Source: a virus (lineage: Duplodnaviria > Caudoviricetes). Taken from it: a stretch of 64,000 nucleotides of DNA. Each line of letters begins with the position of its first letter. The first letter of the stretch is position 1. Below are positions 17,715-27,953 of this stretch, one piece after another. The stretch lies in IMG/VR virus record IMGVR_UViG_3300042542_005523; one strand, 5' to 3'. The translations under genes and the position numbers were made by a program. The notes under the pieces are model-generated. The model worked only from the letters and a program-made list of their open reading frames with translations, was not told the DNA's origin and ran no database searches.

Positions 17715-18320
17715 ATGAGACACATAAAGGAATATAATTCAGCATCTAAAGGGATTAGTAATCTAAGTGAAGGAATGGTATATCACGTTGAGCGTAATAT
17801 ACCGCTAATGGAAAGCGTCTATAGAATAGAATCTGAATCCTGGATTTCTCTTGTTAATGAAGCAAGGGAACTATGGGAAAGAAATGTGGTAGATCTGAAC
17901 GAGGACGATCTTTTTTTAATATCCACAGATGCCGGAAAGTATGGGATATACGAGAAAAATCTAGTGCTTCTCGACGTTCCTTTTTGGGAAGGGGAATTTG
18001 ATTACGATTGGGAAGAATATGATGCTTTAGAAGAAGCCGAGTATAGAGGTAGAAATGTTAAATTAAACAAGCCATTTAGAACTCCCGGGGGACCTAGAAA
18101 ATTCTCGGTTTACACAAAGAACGATTCCGGAAATATCGTTAAGGTAAGTTTCGGACAACCTGGAATGAGAGTTAATAATGCAGACCCAAAAAAGGCAAGA
18201 TCATTTAGAAAAAGAATGAGATGCGATCAGCCAGGTCCCAGATGGAAAGCAAAATGGTGGTCGTGTAACGTGGCAAGATATAGAAAATTATTAGGTATTA
18301 AAAGTTCTAACCCGTGGTAA
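17715..18320 (+). CDS. Conserved large-phage protein (basic C-terminal domain, DUF6321-like)
   Basis: EAEYRGRNVKLNKPFRTPGGPRKFSVY...VSFGQPGM...RSFRKRMRC...WWSC. Confidence 0.55.
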   Translation: MRHIKEYNSASKGISNLSEGMVYHVERNIPLMESVYRIESESWISLVNEARELWERNVVDLNEDDLFLISTDAGKYGIYEKNLVLLDVPFWEGEFDYDWEEYDALEEAEYRGRNVKLNKPFRTPGGPRKFSVYTKNDSGNIVKVSFGQPGMRVNNADPKKARSFRKRMRCDQPGPRWKAKWWSCNVARYRKLLGIKSSNPW

Positions 18321-18604
18321 ATCTACCATTCGAAGAGCTCACTGGGTCGGATAAAAGAATAAGAATCTTTAAATCCGATACCGTAAGCGAGGAACTTAAA
18401 TGGCATTGGGACGACGAGGATAGGTACGTCGAGCTTATAGAAGAGAGCGACTGGGAATTCCAATTTGACGACGACCTGCCGGTAAAATTTCCTAAAAGAC
18501 TAATAATACCAAGAATGATGTGGCACAGGGTTATTAAAGGAAAGGGCGATCTTAAGATAGCTATATCCAGAATAGATCTAAACAGATTCAGCTTGAGTCA
18601 GTAA
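18314..18604 (+). CDS. Cupin-like small protein
   Basis: ELKWHWDDEDR...IPRMMWHRVIKG two-His pattern. Confidence 0.6.
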   Translation: MVNLPFEELTGSDKRIRIFKSDTVSEELKWHWDDEDRYVELIEESDWEFQFDDDLPVKFPKRLIIPRMMWHRVIKGKGDLKIAISRIDLNRFSLSQ

Positions 18605-19507
18605 GTCCGTCCAATCTCTATCACTCAGCTCTTTTTTGAGTCTTTCTCTTGGACCTATGTCTATCTTTGAAGTTATATCGAATTGTGTTCTTTTTAGATT
18701 TTTTATTCCCTCTATAGAAGAATAAAGAGCACTGGAAAGTCTTTTGATGAATTTAGGATTCTTCTTAGCGAATCTCTCCATGTAACCGCCGCCACCTACG
18801 AACTCTTCGGTCCATTCTATGTCGCCGCTTCGCATCCTATCCAATATAGATTCTATCACCCTTTCCTTTTCGTCTTCATCTAAATTTAAAATGTACTGCT
18901 CCACACCAAAGCAAAGTTCTGATATCCATGCGTCATATTCCGTTGGCGAAGCTGCATAAAGATCGTCACTTTCAATTTCATTAGCTATAAGATGTTCTAC
19001 AAATTTTTCCAGACCCTCTTTTCTCATCATTCCCTTAAGGGATATGCCCATATTTTTAGCTTTCTGCAGAATTTCCAGAGATAACTCCCCACTTTTTTTG
19101 CCTCCTTGCGGATTTGATTTTGGATCTATAGCGTGAACTAACTCGTGGTACAATATCGACAGTTTAGAAAGCCAGTTACGATTGTCATGAAAATATCTCG
19201 GTGAAAGAACTATTCTATCCTGTCCAGGTAGCATTGAGCCGTTCCATTCGCCAACACTTCCTTTAGAAAGCTTGATCCAAGGTCCAAAGCTCACGTAAAC
19301 TTTCTGTGGCTTCCCTTTATATTTGAATTCCAGATAATATCTGATAGATTTTAGATCCTCTCTTCTATCGGGATATTTCTCTACCATTTTTTTCAGAAAC
19401 TCGTATCTTTCTTCTATGAACATTATTATTTCGTAGAAGTTTGAGAATTCCCCATGGAGATATCTTTTCGATTCTAAAACAAAAGAAGAGAATTTTTTAA
19501 TTATCAT
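18578..19507 (-). CDS. HExxH metallopeptidase-like protein with capsid-targeting-like N-terminus
   Basis: LYHELVHAID...SPTEYDAW; MIIKKFSSFVLES. Confidence 0.6.
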   Translation of the reverse strand: MIIKKFSSFVLESKRYLHGEFSNFYEIIMFIEERYEFLKKMVEKYPDRREDLKSIRYYLEFKYKGKPQKVYVSFGPWIKLSKGSVGEWNGSMLPGQDRIVLSPRYFHDNRNWLSKLSILYHELVHAIDPKSNPQGGKKSGELSLEILQKAKNMGISLKGMMRKEGLEKFVEHLIANEIESDDLYAASPTEYDAWISELCFGVEQYILNLDEDEKERVIESILDRMRSGDIEWTEEFVGGGGYMERFAKKNPKFIKRLSSALYSSIEGIKNLKRTQFDITSKIDIGPRERLKKELSDRDWTDLLTQAESV

Positions 19508-19563
19508 ATCTTTTTTATATATCTTTAGAGGTCAATCCAATATATAAAAAAATAGAATAAGCA

Positions 19564-20295
19564 ATGATTTTAAATTTAGATTTTACTAAAGAGGAACCCA
19601 ATATGAAAACACATTGGAGAAGCGGAAATCCATGGGGTGTTATACATCCAGCATTTCCTTACCAGTACAATGCGGAATATTGTGTGAGACATAAGAAGGG
19701 TATTGGTCTTTCACTTAAGTGCGAAAGTGTGGATTCAGTTGAGGTCATAGGACCGAATGGAGTCATTTATTATCCGGATTGTGCAATGGGATTGGTTAGT
19801 AGTAAGTTCCACTTTAAATACGGAAGGCTGGATGTTGAAGCAATATTACCTAAGGGTAAAGGTCTTTGGCCGGCTATATGGACAACAGCCTATGATTCAT
19901 GGCCACCCGAGATCGATATAGTTGAAGGATATTCGGAGGATAGAGACAACTATGGTAATTTAGTAATTCCTGGGATCAGACTGCAATCGAATGTTCATTA
20001 CAAAGAAGGTGAAAACAATCGCAATATCGGGGGAAGAAACCATTGGATGTGGAAGAATCCAACTAAGCACAAAATAAAATATTCTCTGTTATGGACCCCA
20101 GAAAAAATAGAAATATTCTACAACGATTGCAAAGTTAGAAGCGTAGACGACCCAAAAATACTAGAGGGATTCAATAATTCAGCTGGACAATACATAGTTC
20201 TTAACAATGCAATACAGCCAGAAAAATGGGACGGTGGTACCTCTGAATTTATCGTAAGCAGCTTAACTCTGGAAACTGAAAGACTGATTTGGTGA
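19564..20295 (+). CDS. Glycoside hydrolase family 16 (beta-glucanase-like)
   Basis: FKYGRLDVEAILPKGKGLWPAIW...WPPEIDIVEG (EIDxxE catalytic motif). Confidence 0.88.
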   Translation: MILNLDFTKEEPNMKTHWRSGNPWGVIHPAFPYQYNAEYCVRHKKGIGLSLKCESVDSVEVIGPNGVIYYPDCAMGLVSSKFHFKYGRLDVEAILPKGKGLWPAIWTTAYDSWPPEIDIVEGYSEDRDNYGNLVIPGIRLQSNVHYKEGENNRNIGGRNHWMWKNPTKHKIKYSLLWTPEKIEIFYNDCKVRSVDDPKILEGFNNSAGQYIVLNNAIQPEKWDGGTSEFIVSSLTLETERLIW

Positions 20296-20502
20296 TTAAT
20301 AGTTCGGGTGCCAGGAATCCCAAGAACATACCTGCTCCTCTCTTACTACAGTCTTAACGTGTAGATCCTGATTTTCATAGAGATCATATCCGATTTCTTT
20401 GAAATAATCCAGAGCTTTTTCTACACATGATGCTGTAGTTTCTAAAATCTTTTCATTCTCATCGTATAGAGCATAGATTGTCATTTGTGGATAATTGGAC
20501 AT
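20296..20502 (-). CDS. Small hypothetical protein
   Basis: 68-aa ORF. Confidence 0.5.
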   Translation of the reverse strand: MSNYPQMTIYALYDENEKILETTASCVEKALDYFKEIGYDLYENQDLHVKTVVREEQVCSWDSWHPNY

Positions 20503-20560
20503 GGTAGGGATCTTTTTAGATATATAACTATAACCACAAAAAATTTCACATTTTTAATAA

Positions 20561-21388
20561 ATGATACAAGTAAAATACGGACCCGAAATAGCGGATGTAA
20601 CCAACTTCCTTAATGTTTTATCTAAGCATAAGAAAGTTACATTTGTTACAACCAGCAATAGATCACCCTTTGTTGAAAAGAAATACGGAGAGAGTCCAAA
20701 GTCAACACAGCTAGCCAATCACTTGGCTGAATCCCTAAGAAGAAGGGGGGTTAAAGTTTCTGTTATGGACGGGGCTAAGTTAAAGATCTATAATTCTCTA
20801 GGATGTGTGAGCGAATTGAAAGGAAGTTTTTGTGGAGTTAAAGCTTCCATGGTTAAGGATAAAGAAAAGAATCCGCACGGACATCTTAGATGCTGGGCTA
20901 GTCACGATTTCAAAGATGATGAACTATGGAAGATAGTTAACGAAATGTACGAAAGCCAAGCTATTATATTCTTCGGTTCACAAAGATGGGGCAACGTTAA
21001 TGCTGTCTATCAAAAGATCATAGAAAGACTAGACTGGATAGAAAGTAGATGGGCAACACTAGACGGTGAAAATACCGTAAAAGATATCCAAGCAGGACTA
21101 ATTCTTCTCGGTCAAAATTGGAGAGTTCAAGAAAGCTTAGAAGTTCAGAGGGATGTTCTTAAATTCTATGGATTTAAAATAGAAGATCCACTCTTTATAG
21201 GATGGCAATACACTCGTGACGTTAAAGACGAAACGGAGGAATCATATAAACAAGCCCCAGTCACATTCCAGGATTCTTGGAATATGAAGTTGATGGTTAA
21301 AAAACAGCAGGAAGAGTTTGAGCTATATGAAGACGATGTCAAGGAAGAGGGCTTCCCTACATTTCTACAGTATATTAAGACCTTATAA
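20561..21388 (+). CDS. Flavodoxin-fold NAD(P)H-dependent FMN reductase-like protein
   Basis: TTSNR...STQLA...SQAIIFFGSQRWGNVNAVYQKIIERL. Confidence 0.7.
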   Translation: MIQVKYGPEIADVTNFLNVLSKHKKVTFVTTSNRSPFVEKKYGESPKSTQLANHLAESLRRRGVKVSVMDGAKLKIYNSLGCVSELKGSFCGVKASMVKDKEKNPHGHLRCWASHDFKDDELWKIVNEMYESQAIIFFGSQRWGNVNAVYQKIIERLDWIESRWATLDGENTVKDIQAGLILLGQNWRVQESLEVQRDVLKFYGFKIEDPLFIGWQYTRDVKDETEESYKQAPVTFQDSWNMKLMVKKQQEEFELYEDDVKEEGFPTFLQYIKTL

Positions 21389-21439
21389 CTGATTCACTGC
21401 GGACATTTCTCATATTTTTGTAACTATAAAACAAAGAGA

Positions 21440-22156
21440 ATGAGAAATTTAATTCTAGCATTTACACTTTCCCTGTTAGGTTCAGTAAATTTACTTTCAC
21501 AGATAAATGTAACAGAGAGGGAAATTTTAAAATTGCAACCAACCCAATCCGTTCTAAATTCCGATTGGTGCAACCATCTTGAATACTATCGGGATTCTAC
21601 AGGAATCACATCCACAAGAAGTGGCATTCTAGATACTTATGCTCTTGAGAGAGCGATGTATTTCGCAACTGTTCTAGATCACACAGCAAGCGATAAAAGA
21701 ATGAAAGATTGTATCCATAGAATTCCCGGTGACAACTCTGCACACAATAAGCTATTTGGTAATTCGATATTCTTTAGCGCACCGGATACACTCAAATACG
21801 TCTCAGCTTATCCCTCCTTTAAAGAGGACAGATATTGGATCACACCAGGTGGAGAGATCATGCAGGAATACGTGTACCTGATAAAAGGAAAGGATAAGTT
21901 AAGAAGAGAAGATTTGATATCGAAAATGATAGGGTACCACCACAAAAACAGAGGGCATAAAGGTATTATTAATGCGTATCTTAGATCCTATTCACACAAG
22001 AACATTATAGATACAAAAATAAACGATACCTACGGAAGTTCGATAGTTTATGTTGTTCACTCTTGGTTTGATAAAGAGCAATCACTATGGTACCAGGAAG
22101 TAACGATTTTAAACGTTACAGCATTTGGTAGAAAATCATATAGCTTAAGAAGCTAA
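21440..22156 (+). CDS. Exported hypothetical protein
   Basis: Signal-peptide-like N-terminus MRNLILAFTLSLLGS. Confidence 0.7.
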   Translation: MRNLILAFTLSLLGSVNLLSQINVTEREILKLQPTQSVLNSDWCNHLEYYRDSTGITSTRSGILDTYALERAMYFATVLDHTASDKRMKDCIHRIPGDNSAHNKLFGNSIFFSAPDTLKYVSAYPSFKEDRYWITPGGEIMQEYVYLIKGKDKLRREDLISKMIGYHHKNRGHKGIINAYLRSYSHKNIIDTKINDTYGSSIVYVVHSWFDKEQSLWYQEVTILNVTAFGRKSYSLRS

Positions 22157-22693
22157 TTACTTAAGAGAAAGTAAATATCTGTTCTGGTCTATTAGAGCGA
22201 CGATCTCATCTAGAATATTGATTAGCTCACCGTCTTTTTCTTCCGAGAAGTACGATCTGCAGTCCTTATCATAGCATTCATAGAGATGTGCTAAGAATTC
22301 ATTAAGATCTGCATTCTCCGGGTTCTTGTAGTTGGATATCTTTAAATCACCATCGGTATCGCTTAATGTTGGCTTACCGTATTTACCCATTATGGATTCT
22401 GCTAACTTGTCTGTTACCTCGTTGAATTCATGCTGGAAAGCATCTAAAGCCTTATGTTGACCGTAGAAGTTAGTTTGCCAGTGTAGAAGTTTAATCTGTG
22501 CTGAATTCCTAAGAATCTTAGCGAAGATAGGTGCAAAGCTTTTCTTGTCCTCAGCCTCTGGCTCGTTACCACTTGGAGCTTGAACCATATTACTCCTCAT
22601 TTGATCAAAAGTTATAAATTCATTCCCGCCCTCTTCTTTTTTAGGCTTCTCTATAATATCGCCAAAAGCGCTCAAATTAACTACGTTTTCCAT
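22157..22693 (-). CDS. DUF5856 family ferritin-like helical protein
   Basis: LLHWQT..YGQHKALD...DKLAESIMGKYG...NILDEI...YLLSLK. Confidence 0.7.
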   Translation of the reverse strand: MENVVNLSAFGDIIEKPKKEEGGNEFITFDQMRSNMVQAPSGNEPEAEDKKSFAPIFAKILRNSAQIKLLHWQTNFYGQHKALDAFQHEFNEVTDKLAESIMGKYGKPTLSDTDGDLKISNYKNPENADLNEFLAHLYECYDKDCRSYFSEEKDGELINILDEIVALIDQNRYLLSLK

Positions 22694-22795
22694 CTAGTCT
22701 TTATTTTTGTTTATATATCAAATTAGCCACAGGTTTATCTTTTTTCCTACGGGGGTTTCGTTTACTTTTACTCTATAACAATAAAGGAACAAGAT

Positions 22796-23533
22796 ATGAA
22801 AAAGCTAACAATCTTCTTACTGCTAAGTCTAACCCTAACGAATGCTTTCACCCAAGATCTCGATTCTATCAGAATGGAATTCAACAAATTGATGAAAGAC
22901 TATATCGACAAGAACAACGGAAACACAATCCGTGACATCGTTAGAGCTGAAGATGATGTTTGGGTAAAGAAGGGGTTTTGGATTTTCAGACATAACGAGA
23001 AAGTTCACATTGATGCTATCTACGGTCCCAACCATGGTAAATTAGACGAAGCTAAAGAGGTTCAGCATCTTACAGAATGGTCAGCTGATCAGGCTAGATA
23101 CTTAAAGGAGGTTTCTGTTTATTTGCAAAAGACAAACCCAGGAATGATAGCTTACTTGTCCCACGGACAGAAGGCAGAATTAGATAGCGTACCCGATTCT
23201 GCATTAAGTAAACCGAGAGAGAGCCTATTGAAAATGGAGGTTTTAGTTATGAAGCAGGGTTTCAGAACTGAAGAAGGTATACCGGATGAATCAGCTAAAG
23301 AATTTGCCAAAGAGGCTTTCGATAACCTTTTAAAGTCAAAGCAACACAAGAAAATTATTGATGATGCATCTAGCAAATTCGGGACTGGAATTACACTAAT
23401 ACCAGTAGCTCCCGAACAAATCGTAAGATACAGCGAAACTAGCAACGGTATAAAAAATGAGGGGATACGTATAGAGAAAGCAAGCGACTTTCATAAAAGA
23501 GGTTATACGGTAATAATTGTCTGTAACTTCTAA
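22796..23533 (+). CDS. Exported hypothetical protein (possibly CAP-like)
   Basis: Signal peptide MKKLTIFLLLSLTLTNAF; C-terminal AFDNLLKSKQHKKII...FGTGI. Confidence 0.6.
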   Translation: MKKLTIFLLLSLTLTNAFTQDLDSIRMEFNKLMKDYIDKNNGNTIRDIVRAEDDVWVKKGFWIFRHNEKVHIDAIYGPNHGKLDEAKEVQHLTEWSADQARYLKEVSVYLQKTNPGMIAYLSHGQKAELDSVPDSALSKPRESLLKMEVLVMKQGFRTEEGIPDESAKEFAKEAFDNLLKSKQHKKIIDDASSKFGTGITLIPVAPEQIVRYSETSNGIKNEGIRIEKASDFHKRGYTVIIVCNF

Positions 23534-23548
23534 CAATTAACCAGAAAT

Positions 23549-23574
23549 AAAAAAGAGCCCTTAGGCTCTTTTTT
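23549..23574. terminator. Bidirectional intrinsic terminator
   Basis: AAAAAAGAGCC-CTTA-GGCTCTTTTTT between convergent genes. Confidence 0.85.
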
Positions 23575-23590
23575 ATTATAAGAAATGATT

Positions 23591-25081
23591 CTATGATGTT
23601 TTAAAATAAGAACCCCCGGGACGCCAATCTCTACCTCCACCGCCTTTTCTTTTCTTTAACCACCAAGGCAATCCACTGGGATCTAGGCTAGGACCAAAAT
23701 CAATATTTTTAAATGGTCCCTTTCTGGTGTATTTAGGTCTTGAGAAGTCCCAGCCATCGATGCTAATGAAATCCTCACCGCCGCCTCCGATAGAAAAGCT
23801 AGCACCTAACTCTATTGTTGTATATTTCAGATATGCGCTCAATTGACCGGGTTCTGATTTCACACCTTTTGCTTCAATGTTCATTCTTACCTCTACAAAT
23901 TGACCCGCTGGTTTACCCGTTTTGTTGTCTATATTATACTGGTCCGTCTTTCCCCCTGTATCAGTTACTTTCCATTTTTTAACAAACTCAGCATCTTTAC
24001 CCAGCACTTTTTTCTCTTTGAGAATATTGACTATAGCCTCCTCAAACGAGTCCGCTCTTTTCTTAGCAAGGTCGTCGTTCTTTTCTGTGTTTCCGGTGGT
24101 TGTTCTAGATGGATCATCAAAATCCATTTCTTCGGTTGGCTCTAATGTTTCATTACCCCAAACGTTACTAGCAGAGGAAAGAACTTCAAGCTTCGATATT
24201 TCCATATTGAATTCCGCATCTGGCCCTAGCTTTTTTATAGCTTCTTTTTTGGCATTCTCTATTTTAGACTCAATTTCTTTGGCAACTTCCTCAGCGAATC
24301 CAGATTCTAGTTCAGCAGATTCGGTTTTAAATTTGGAATCTCTTTTAACCGAATCTGTGGTCTCAAATGGTACCTCAGTGCCTGAGGTTCCTGAAGCTTC
24401 AATATATGGTGCTTTAGCTGCTAGTTTAGCACCTGCACCAATTCCATCCACTGGTGGTATTATAATCACCGCAGTCATCGGGTTAGTGGAACCATTCACC
24501 TCTCCTAAAACGAATTTATTCTTGACATTTTTTATTGCATTTATTTGCTTTACCTGAAATTTACCATCCTCGACACCAGCAATTAAATCCTCCGTGTTTT
24601 TCTCCGTTACCTTAATTAGGAATTCAGATGCCTCCATTGCTCCAGCCTCTCCTGGAACATTCACAATTTTAAATTGATCGTTTGGTATGATCTGCTCATC
24701 CTCTGTTAATTTAACATCTGATGTGTACATCTCATCCTTCTTGAGAAATGTTCTTCTATTATCAGATCTAGTTTTAACTGCTAACTTTATCTTAGGCATA
24801 ACCCCGCCTTCTTTTAAATTCTTAAGCTCTGATTTTTCCATAGTGGATAATAGAGTAGCTGCAACGCTATATAGAATAACATCTGCGTAGCCGTCCATCT
24901 CCATTAGTTCATTAATAACTGCACCGTATTTCTTTGGCGTATCCCCGTTACAATAATCATCTATAGCTTTATCAGCTACAAGTAATAGAGCTTCGAGAGA
25001 TGCTTTGAATTTTTTATTGGTCAAGTTTATTTTCAATTCCTCCTTCAGGTATTCTGCGAAGTTTAGTAATCTTTTATTCAT
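23591..25081 (-). CDS. Large putative virion protein with capsid-targeting-like N-terminus
   Basis: MNKRLLNFAEYLKEE; 496 aa. Confidence 0.75.
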   Translation of the reverse strand: MNKRLLNFAEYLKEELKINLTNKKFKASLEALLLVADKAIDDYCNGDTPKKYGAVINELMEMDGYADVILYSVAATLLSTMEKSELKNLKEGGVMPKIKLAVKTRSDNRRTFLKKDEMYTSDVKLTEDEQIIPNDQFKIVNVPGEAGAMEASEFLIKVTEKNTEDLIAGVEDGKFQVKQINAIKNVKNKFVLGEVNGSTNPMTAVIIIPPVDGIGAGAKLAAKAPYIEASGTSGTEVPFETTDSVKRDSKFKTESAELESGFAEEVAKEIESKIENAKKEAIKKLGPDAEFNMEISKLEVLSSASNVWGNETLEPTEEMDFDDPSRTTTGNTEKNDDLAKKRADSFEEAIVNILKEKKVLGKDAEFVKKWKVTDTGGKTDQYNIDNKTGKPAGQFVEVRMNIEAKGVKSEPGQLSAYLKYTTIELGASFSIGGGGEDFISIDGWDFSRPKYTRKGPFKNIDFGPSLDPSGLPWWLKKRKGGGGRDWRPGGSYFKTS

Positions 25082-25100
25082 AATTTTATTGCGATGCTGG

Positions 25101-26180
25101 TTAAGCTAGGTCGGTGATGCCTGCTTTAGGGAATTTCTTGTTTAGTGTGTCCTGTGCTGCTTTATTACCCGTTAGAGAACGCCAATCTGAATCTGACTTC
25201 CATCCTTTTTTAGCAGCAAACCAAACACCATCTCTAATTTTATAATCCCACGATTTATCCCCTGGTAAATTGTAAATTTTATCCGGGATACCTAGTTGGT
25301 CAGACTTTTCTTTAGCTAGATTTTTTTGGTCTCCCGCGATCTCGTTAAAATATTTATCGACTGCACCAGTGTCTCTCTTAATTGATGCTATAAAATCAGG
25401 ATCGTCTATATAGGGAAAGAATTGGCCAAGAGTATATCCTCCCTCTATAATATAATTCCAAGTTTCTTTGATGTTCTTAGAACAATATGCTGAAGAATCG
25501 TTTCTCGATGGCGATAAATCTTTCTCCTTTGCAATTTGAGGAAAGTGATCATTAACGAATTTTCTGAATTTATTAGATGCATCCATCTTACTTTTTTCAG
25601 TCTTGTAATATCTTGTATCCAGGAAAGGATTTGCATCAATCCAATAGCAAGCTGATTTATTCCACCCTGACTCCATTTTGGGGTTGTAGTTAAAAGCAAG
25701 CCCTCCCCCTCCGGTATATTCTTTATTGACTACAAAATCAAGAGTTACTACGCTACCTTTTATTAAGACTTTATACTGACCTGTTTGAATGATATTTTCA
25801 TCGGAAACTGTTAAATTTCTTAATAGATTTGATTTATCATACTGAGCTGCCTCTCCAACTCTTGCCATAGAGAAATTTCCATATGCATCAAAAAGTGTTA
25901 CTGTTGATGCGTCTTGTCCTGTTTCTCCGTTGTATGCCAAATCAAATCTTGCATAGCAAGCGTACGTCCCCTCGTAATTTCCTTTAACACCAAGGGAAGA
26001 CAGTGTTTTAAATTTAATAGCGGAGGATCTATAAGCATCTTCCATATAGAGAAAAACATTTTCAAATTTTTCCATCGGTTTACCTTTCCATAAGTAACTA
26101 ACTCCCGGTTTATAGAGTATAGCTTCATCTATGTGGGACATTCCGACGAAGTCTTTGAATCCTAATAGTCTTTTATTCAT
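25101..26180 (-). CDS. Putative virion protein with C-terminal shared GD-YK-W module
   Basis: MNKRLLGFKDF...IDE; C-terminal GDKSWDYKIRDGVWF...WRSLTGNKAAQDTLNKKF. Confidence 0.75.
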   Translation of the reverse strand: MNKRLLGFKDFVGMSHIDEAILYKPGVSYLWKGKPMEKFENVFLYMEDAYRSSAIKFKTLSSLGVKGNYEGTYACYARFDLAYNGETGQDASTVTLFDAYGNFSMARVGEAAQYDKSNLLRNLTVSDENIIQTGQYKVLIKGSVVTLDFVVNKEYTGGGGLAFNYNPKMESGWNKSACYWIDANPFLDTRYYKTEKSKMDASNKFRKFVNDHFPQIAKEKDLSPSRNDSSAYCSKNIKETWNYIIEGGYTLGQFFPYIDDPDFIASIKRDTGAVDKYFNEIAGDQKNLAKEKSDQLGIPDKIYNLPGDKSWDYKIRDGVWFAAKKGWKSDSDWRSLTGNKAAQDTLNKKFPKAGITDLA

Positions 26181-26213
26181 TATGCTTTATTTTTTGTTTA
26201 TATATCCTATTAA

Positions 26214-26507
26214 TTAATAGTTGTTAGGTAATTGTCCAGACTCGTATCTGGACTTGCCATTCTTTAAAAGAAACTCTAGTTCTAGCCACTGTCTCTTAGT
26301 TAACTCCTTTTTAGTTTTAACCTTGTCCCACATATTAGAGAAAAACTTATTGTTATGATGTCTGACGTTTAGCCAGTTCCATAATTTCTCGTAATATTGT
26401 ACCTCCGCGTCTGTGAACTGTTTCTTTCCTGCGAGATCCCCTGTGTTTCTATTTTGAGCGCCATAATTAGGATGGCTATAGCTCTCAAAAGTTTTGATGT
26501 TTTTCAT
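26214..26507 (-). CDS. Hypothetical protein with capsid-targeting-like N-terminus
   Basis: Start moved to MKNIKTFESY; GATATATA upstream on the minus strand. Confidence 0.7.
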   Translation of the reverse strand: MKNIKTFESYSHPNYGAQNRNTGDLAGKKQFTDAEVQYYEKLWNWLNVRHHNNKFFSNMWDKVKTKKELTKRQWLELEFLLKNGKSRYESGQLPNNY

Positions 26508-26596
26508 TTTACTATATATCAAAATTACATCCACAACTGTCTTTGTGACACTACTGGATCGGAATAATATTCCGGTTCACCAATATAAATAGAAAC

Positions 26597-26724
26597 GGTC
26601 AGGTGGCGGAAAGGGAGATTTATCCTAGGTAAGTCCCCGCGGTAGACGTGCCTCAATACCCTGGGGTGCTCACAGAAGAGGGTTAACAAAGGTGAGCGTA
26701 CAGGTTCAATCCCTGGACTGACTA
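26597..26724 (+). ncRNA. tRNA-like element (orphan copy) with D-loop and central insertions
   Basis: GGTCAGG-TGGCGGAA...GGTAGACG...ACAGGTTCAATCCCTGG-ACTGACT-A, same scaffold as the 32211-33237 copies. Confidence 0.7.
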
Positions 26725-26866
26725 CAAGAGATATTGGAACTTTTTTTAGAACCAATATATAATCATAGTAACTGTTCGCCAGTTCTGTGTCCAGCAATCT
26801 TGAGTTGCTGTTGAGATTTAGAAATGAATCGATGATACAGGAAGAACAAAAAAAGAATAGTAAAAT

Positions 26867-27841
26867 ATGAAAACAAAACAAAAAAGCGGAGCTAGCCTAC
26901 CGGCTGCCTGGATCGTAAATCCAAAAGACAAAGGTAGGAAGTCAATCAAAGGAGATAAGATCTATCTCGATAACGGACAGGAATTTGAAATTGAAATCTT
27001 CAATCCTCTCACTGAATCAGTTCTAGCTGATATCCGTTTAAATGGCAACTCAATTTCTAAAACTGGATTGGTTATAAAACCGGGACAGAGAGTCTATCTG
27101 GATTGCTTCGTAGATGACAGAAAGAAATTCATCTTCCAAACCTATGAGGTTGACGGAAGTCAGGAGTCAATAGAAGCAATTGCTGATAATGGTCTTATGG
27201 AGGTCTTCTTCTATAAGGAGCAAGCAGTGGCACTTCAGGACTGGAGCAATAGATTCCATAAGGTAATCGTTCACGAGTATCGTCCCTATTATTATCCAGT
27301 GTACCCTGCAATTTATCATAGACCATACTACTACGACGGTACTGTTATATGCTCAGGTTTATTGACAACGACATCTAACCTTACCTTCACAAATGGAACG
27401 TATAACACCATAAATGCAACGAATAGCTACCTGGTGAATAATAGCGTTACTACTGGAGCTATTAATACCAACACTTCTAGCTTCCTAGGATCCACATTAT
27501 CGGGGGATGCATCATACTACTCATCTCCTGTTAGTGTGCCTATTGAAACCGGCAGGGTCGAGAAGGGAGAAAAATCAGATCAGCAATTCTCCTCGATCGA
27601 TATGGAATTTGAAAAAAATTACATACACCACTTAGTATTTCAATTGCTACCAAGTTCTAGAAAGCCTAAGTATGTTAAAGAGATGCAGAAGGCTAAGAAG
27701 GCAGAGGATAAGAATAGAGTCTTAGATGGAAATGATGAAATAATAGATCTCATTAAAAAGCTAAGCGATCTGCACTCATCTGGGATTTTAACCGACGAGG
27801 AATTCTCAAATAAGAAGTCAGATCTATTGTCAAAAATTTAA
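26867..27841 (+). CDS. Hypothetical protein with C-terminal SHOCT-like domain
   Basis: LIKKLSDLHSSGILTDEEFSNKKSDLL at the C-terminus. Confidence 0.75.
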   Translation: MKTKQKSGASLPAAWIVNPKDKGRKSIKGDKIYLDNGQEFEIEIFNPLTESVLADIRLNGNSISKTGLVIKPGQRVYLDCFVDDRKKFIFQTYEVDGSQESIEAIADNGLMEVFFYKEQAVALQDWSNRFHKVIVHEYRPYYYPVYPAIYHRPYYYDGTVICSGLLTTTSNLTFTNGTYNTINATNSYLVNNSVTTGAINTNTSSFLGSTLSGDASYYSSPVSVPIETGRVEKGEKSDQQFSSIDMEFEKNYIHHLVFQLLPSSRKPKYVKEMQKAKKAEDKNRVLDGNDEIIDLIKKLSDLHSSGILTDEEFSNKKSDLLSKI

Positions 27842-27863
27842 AAAAATAGCGAACAGTTACACT

Positions 27864-27889
27864 AAAAGGAACCTCGGGTTCCTTTTTTT
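27864..27889 (+). terminator. Intrinsic terminator
   Basis: AAAAGGAACC-TCG-GGTTCCTTTT followed by further T. Confidence 0.8.
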
Positions 27890-27953
27890 ATTTGATCCTC
27901 CGTGTTTCTACGGAATCTTTATTTACTTTTGGCTAAAGAATAAAACATGAAGA

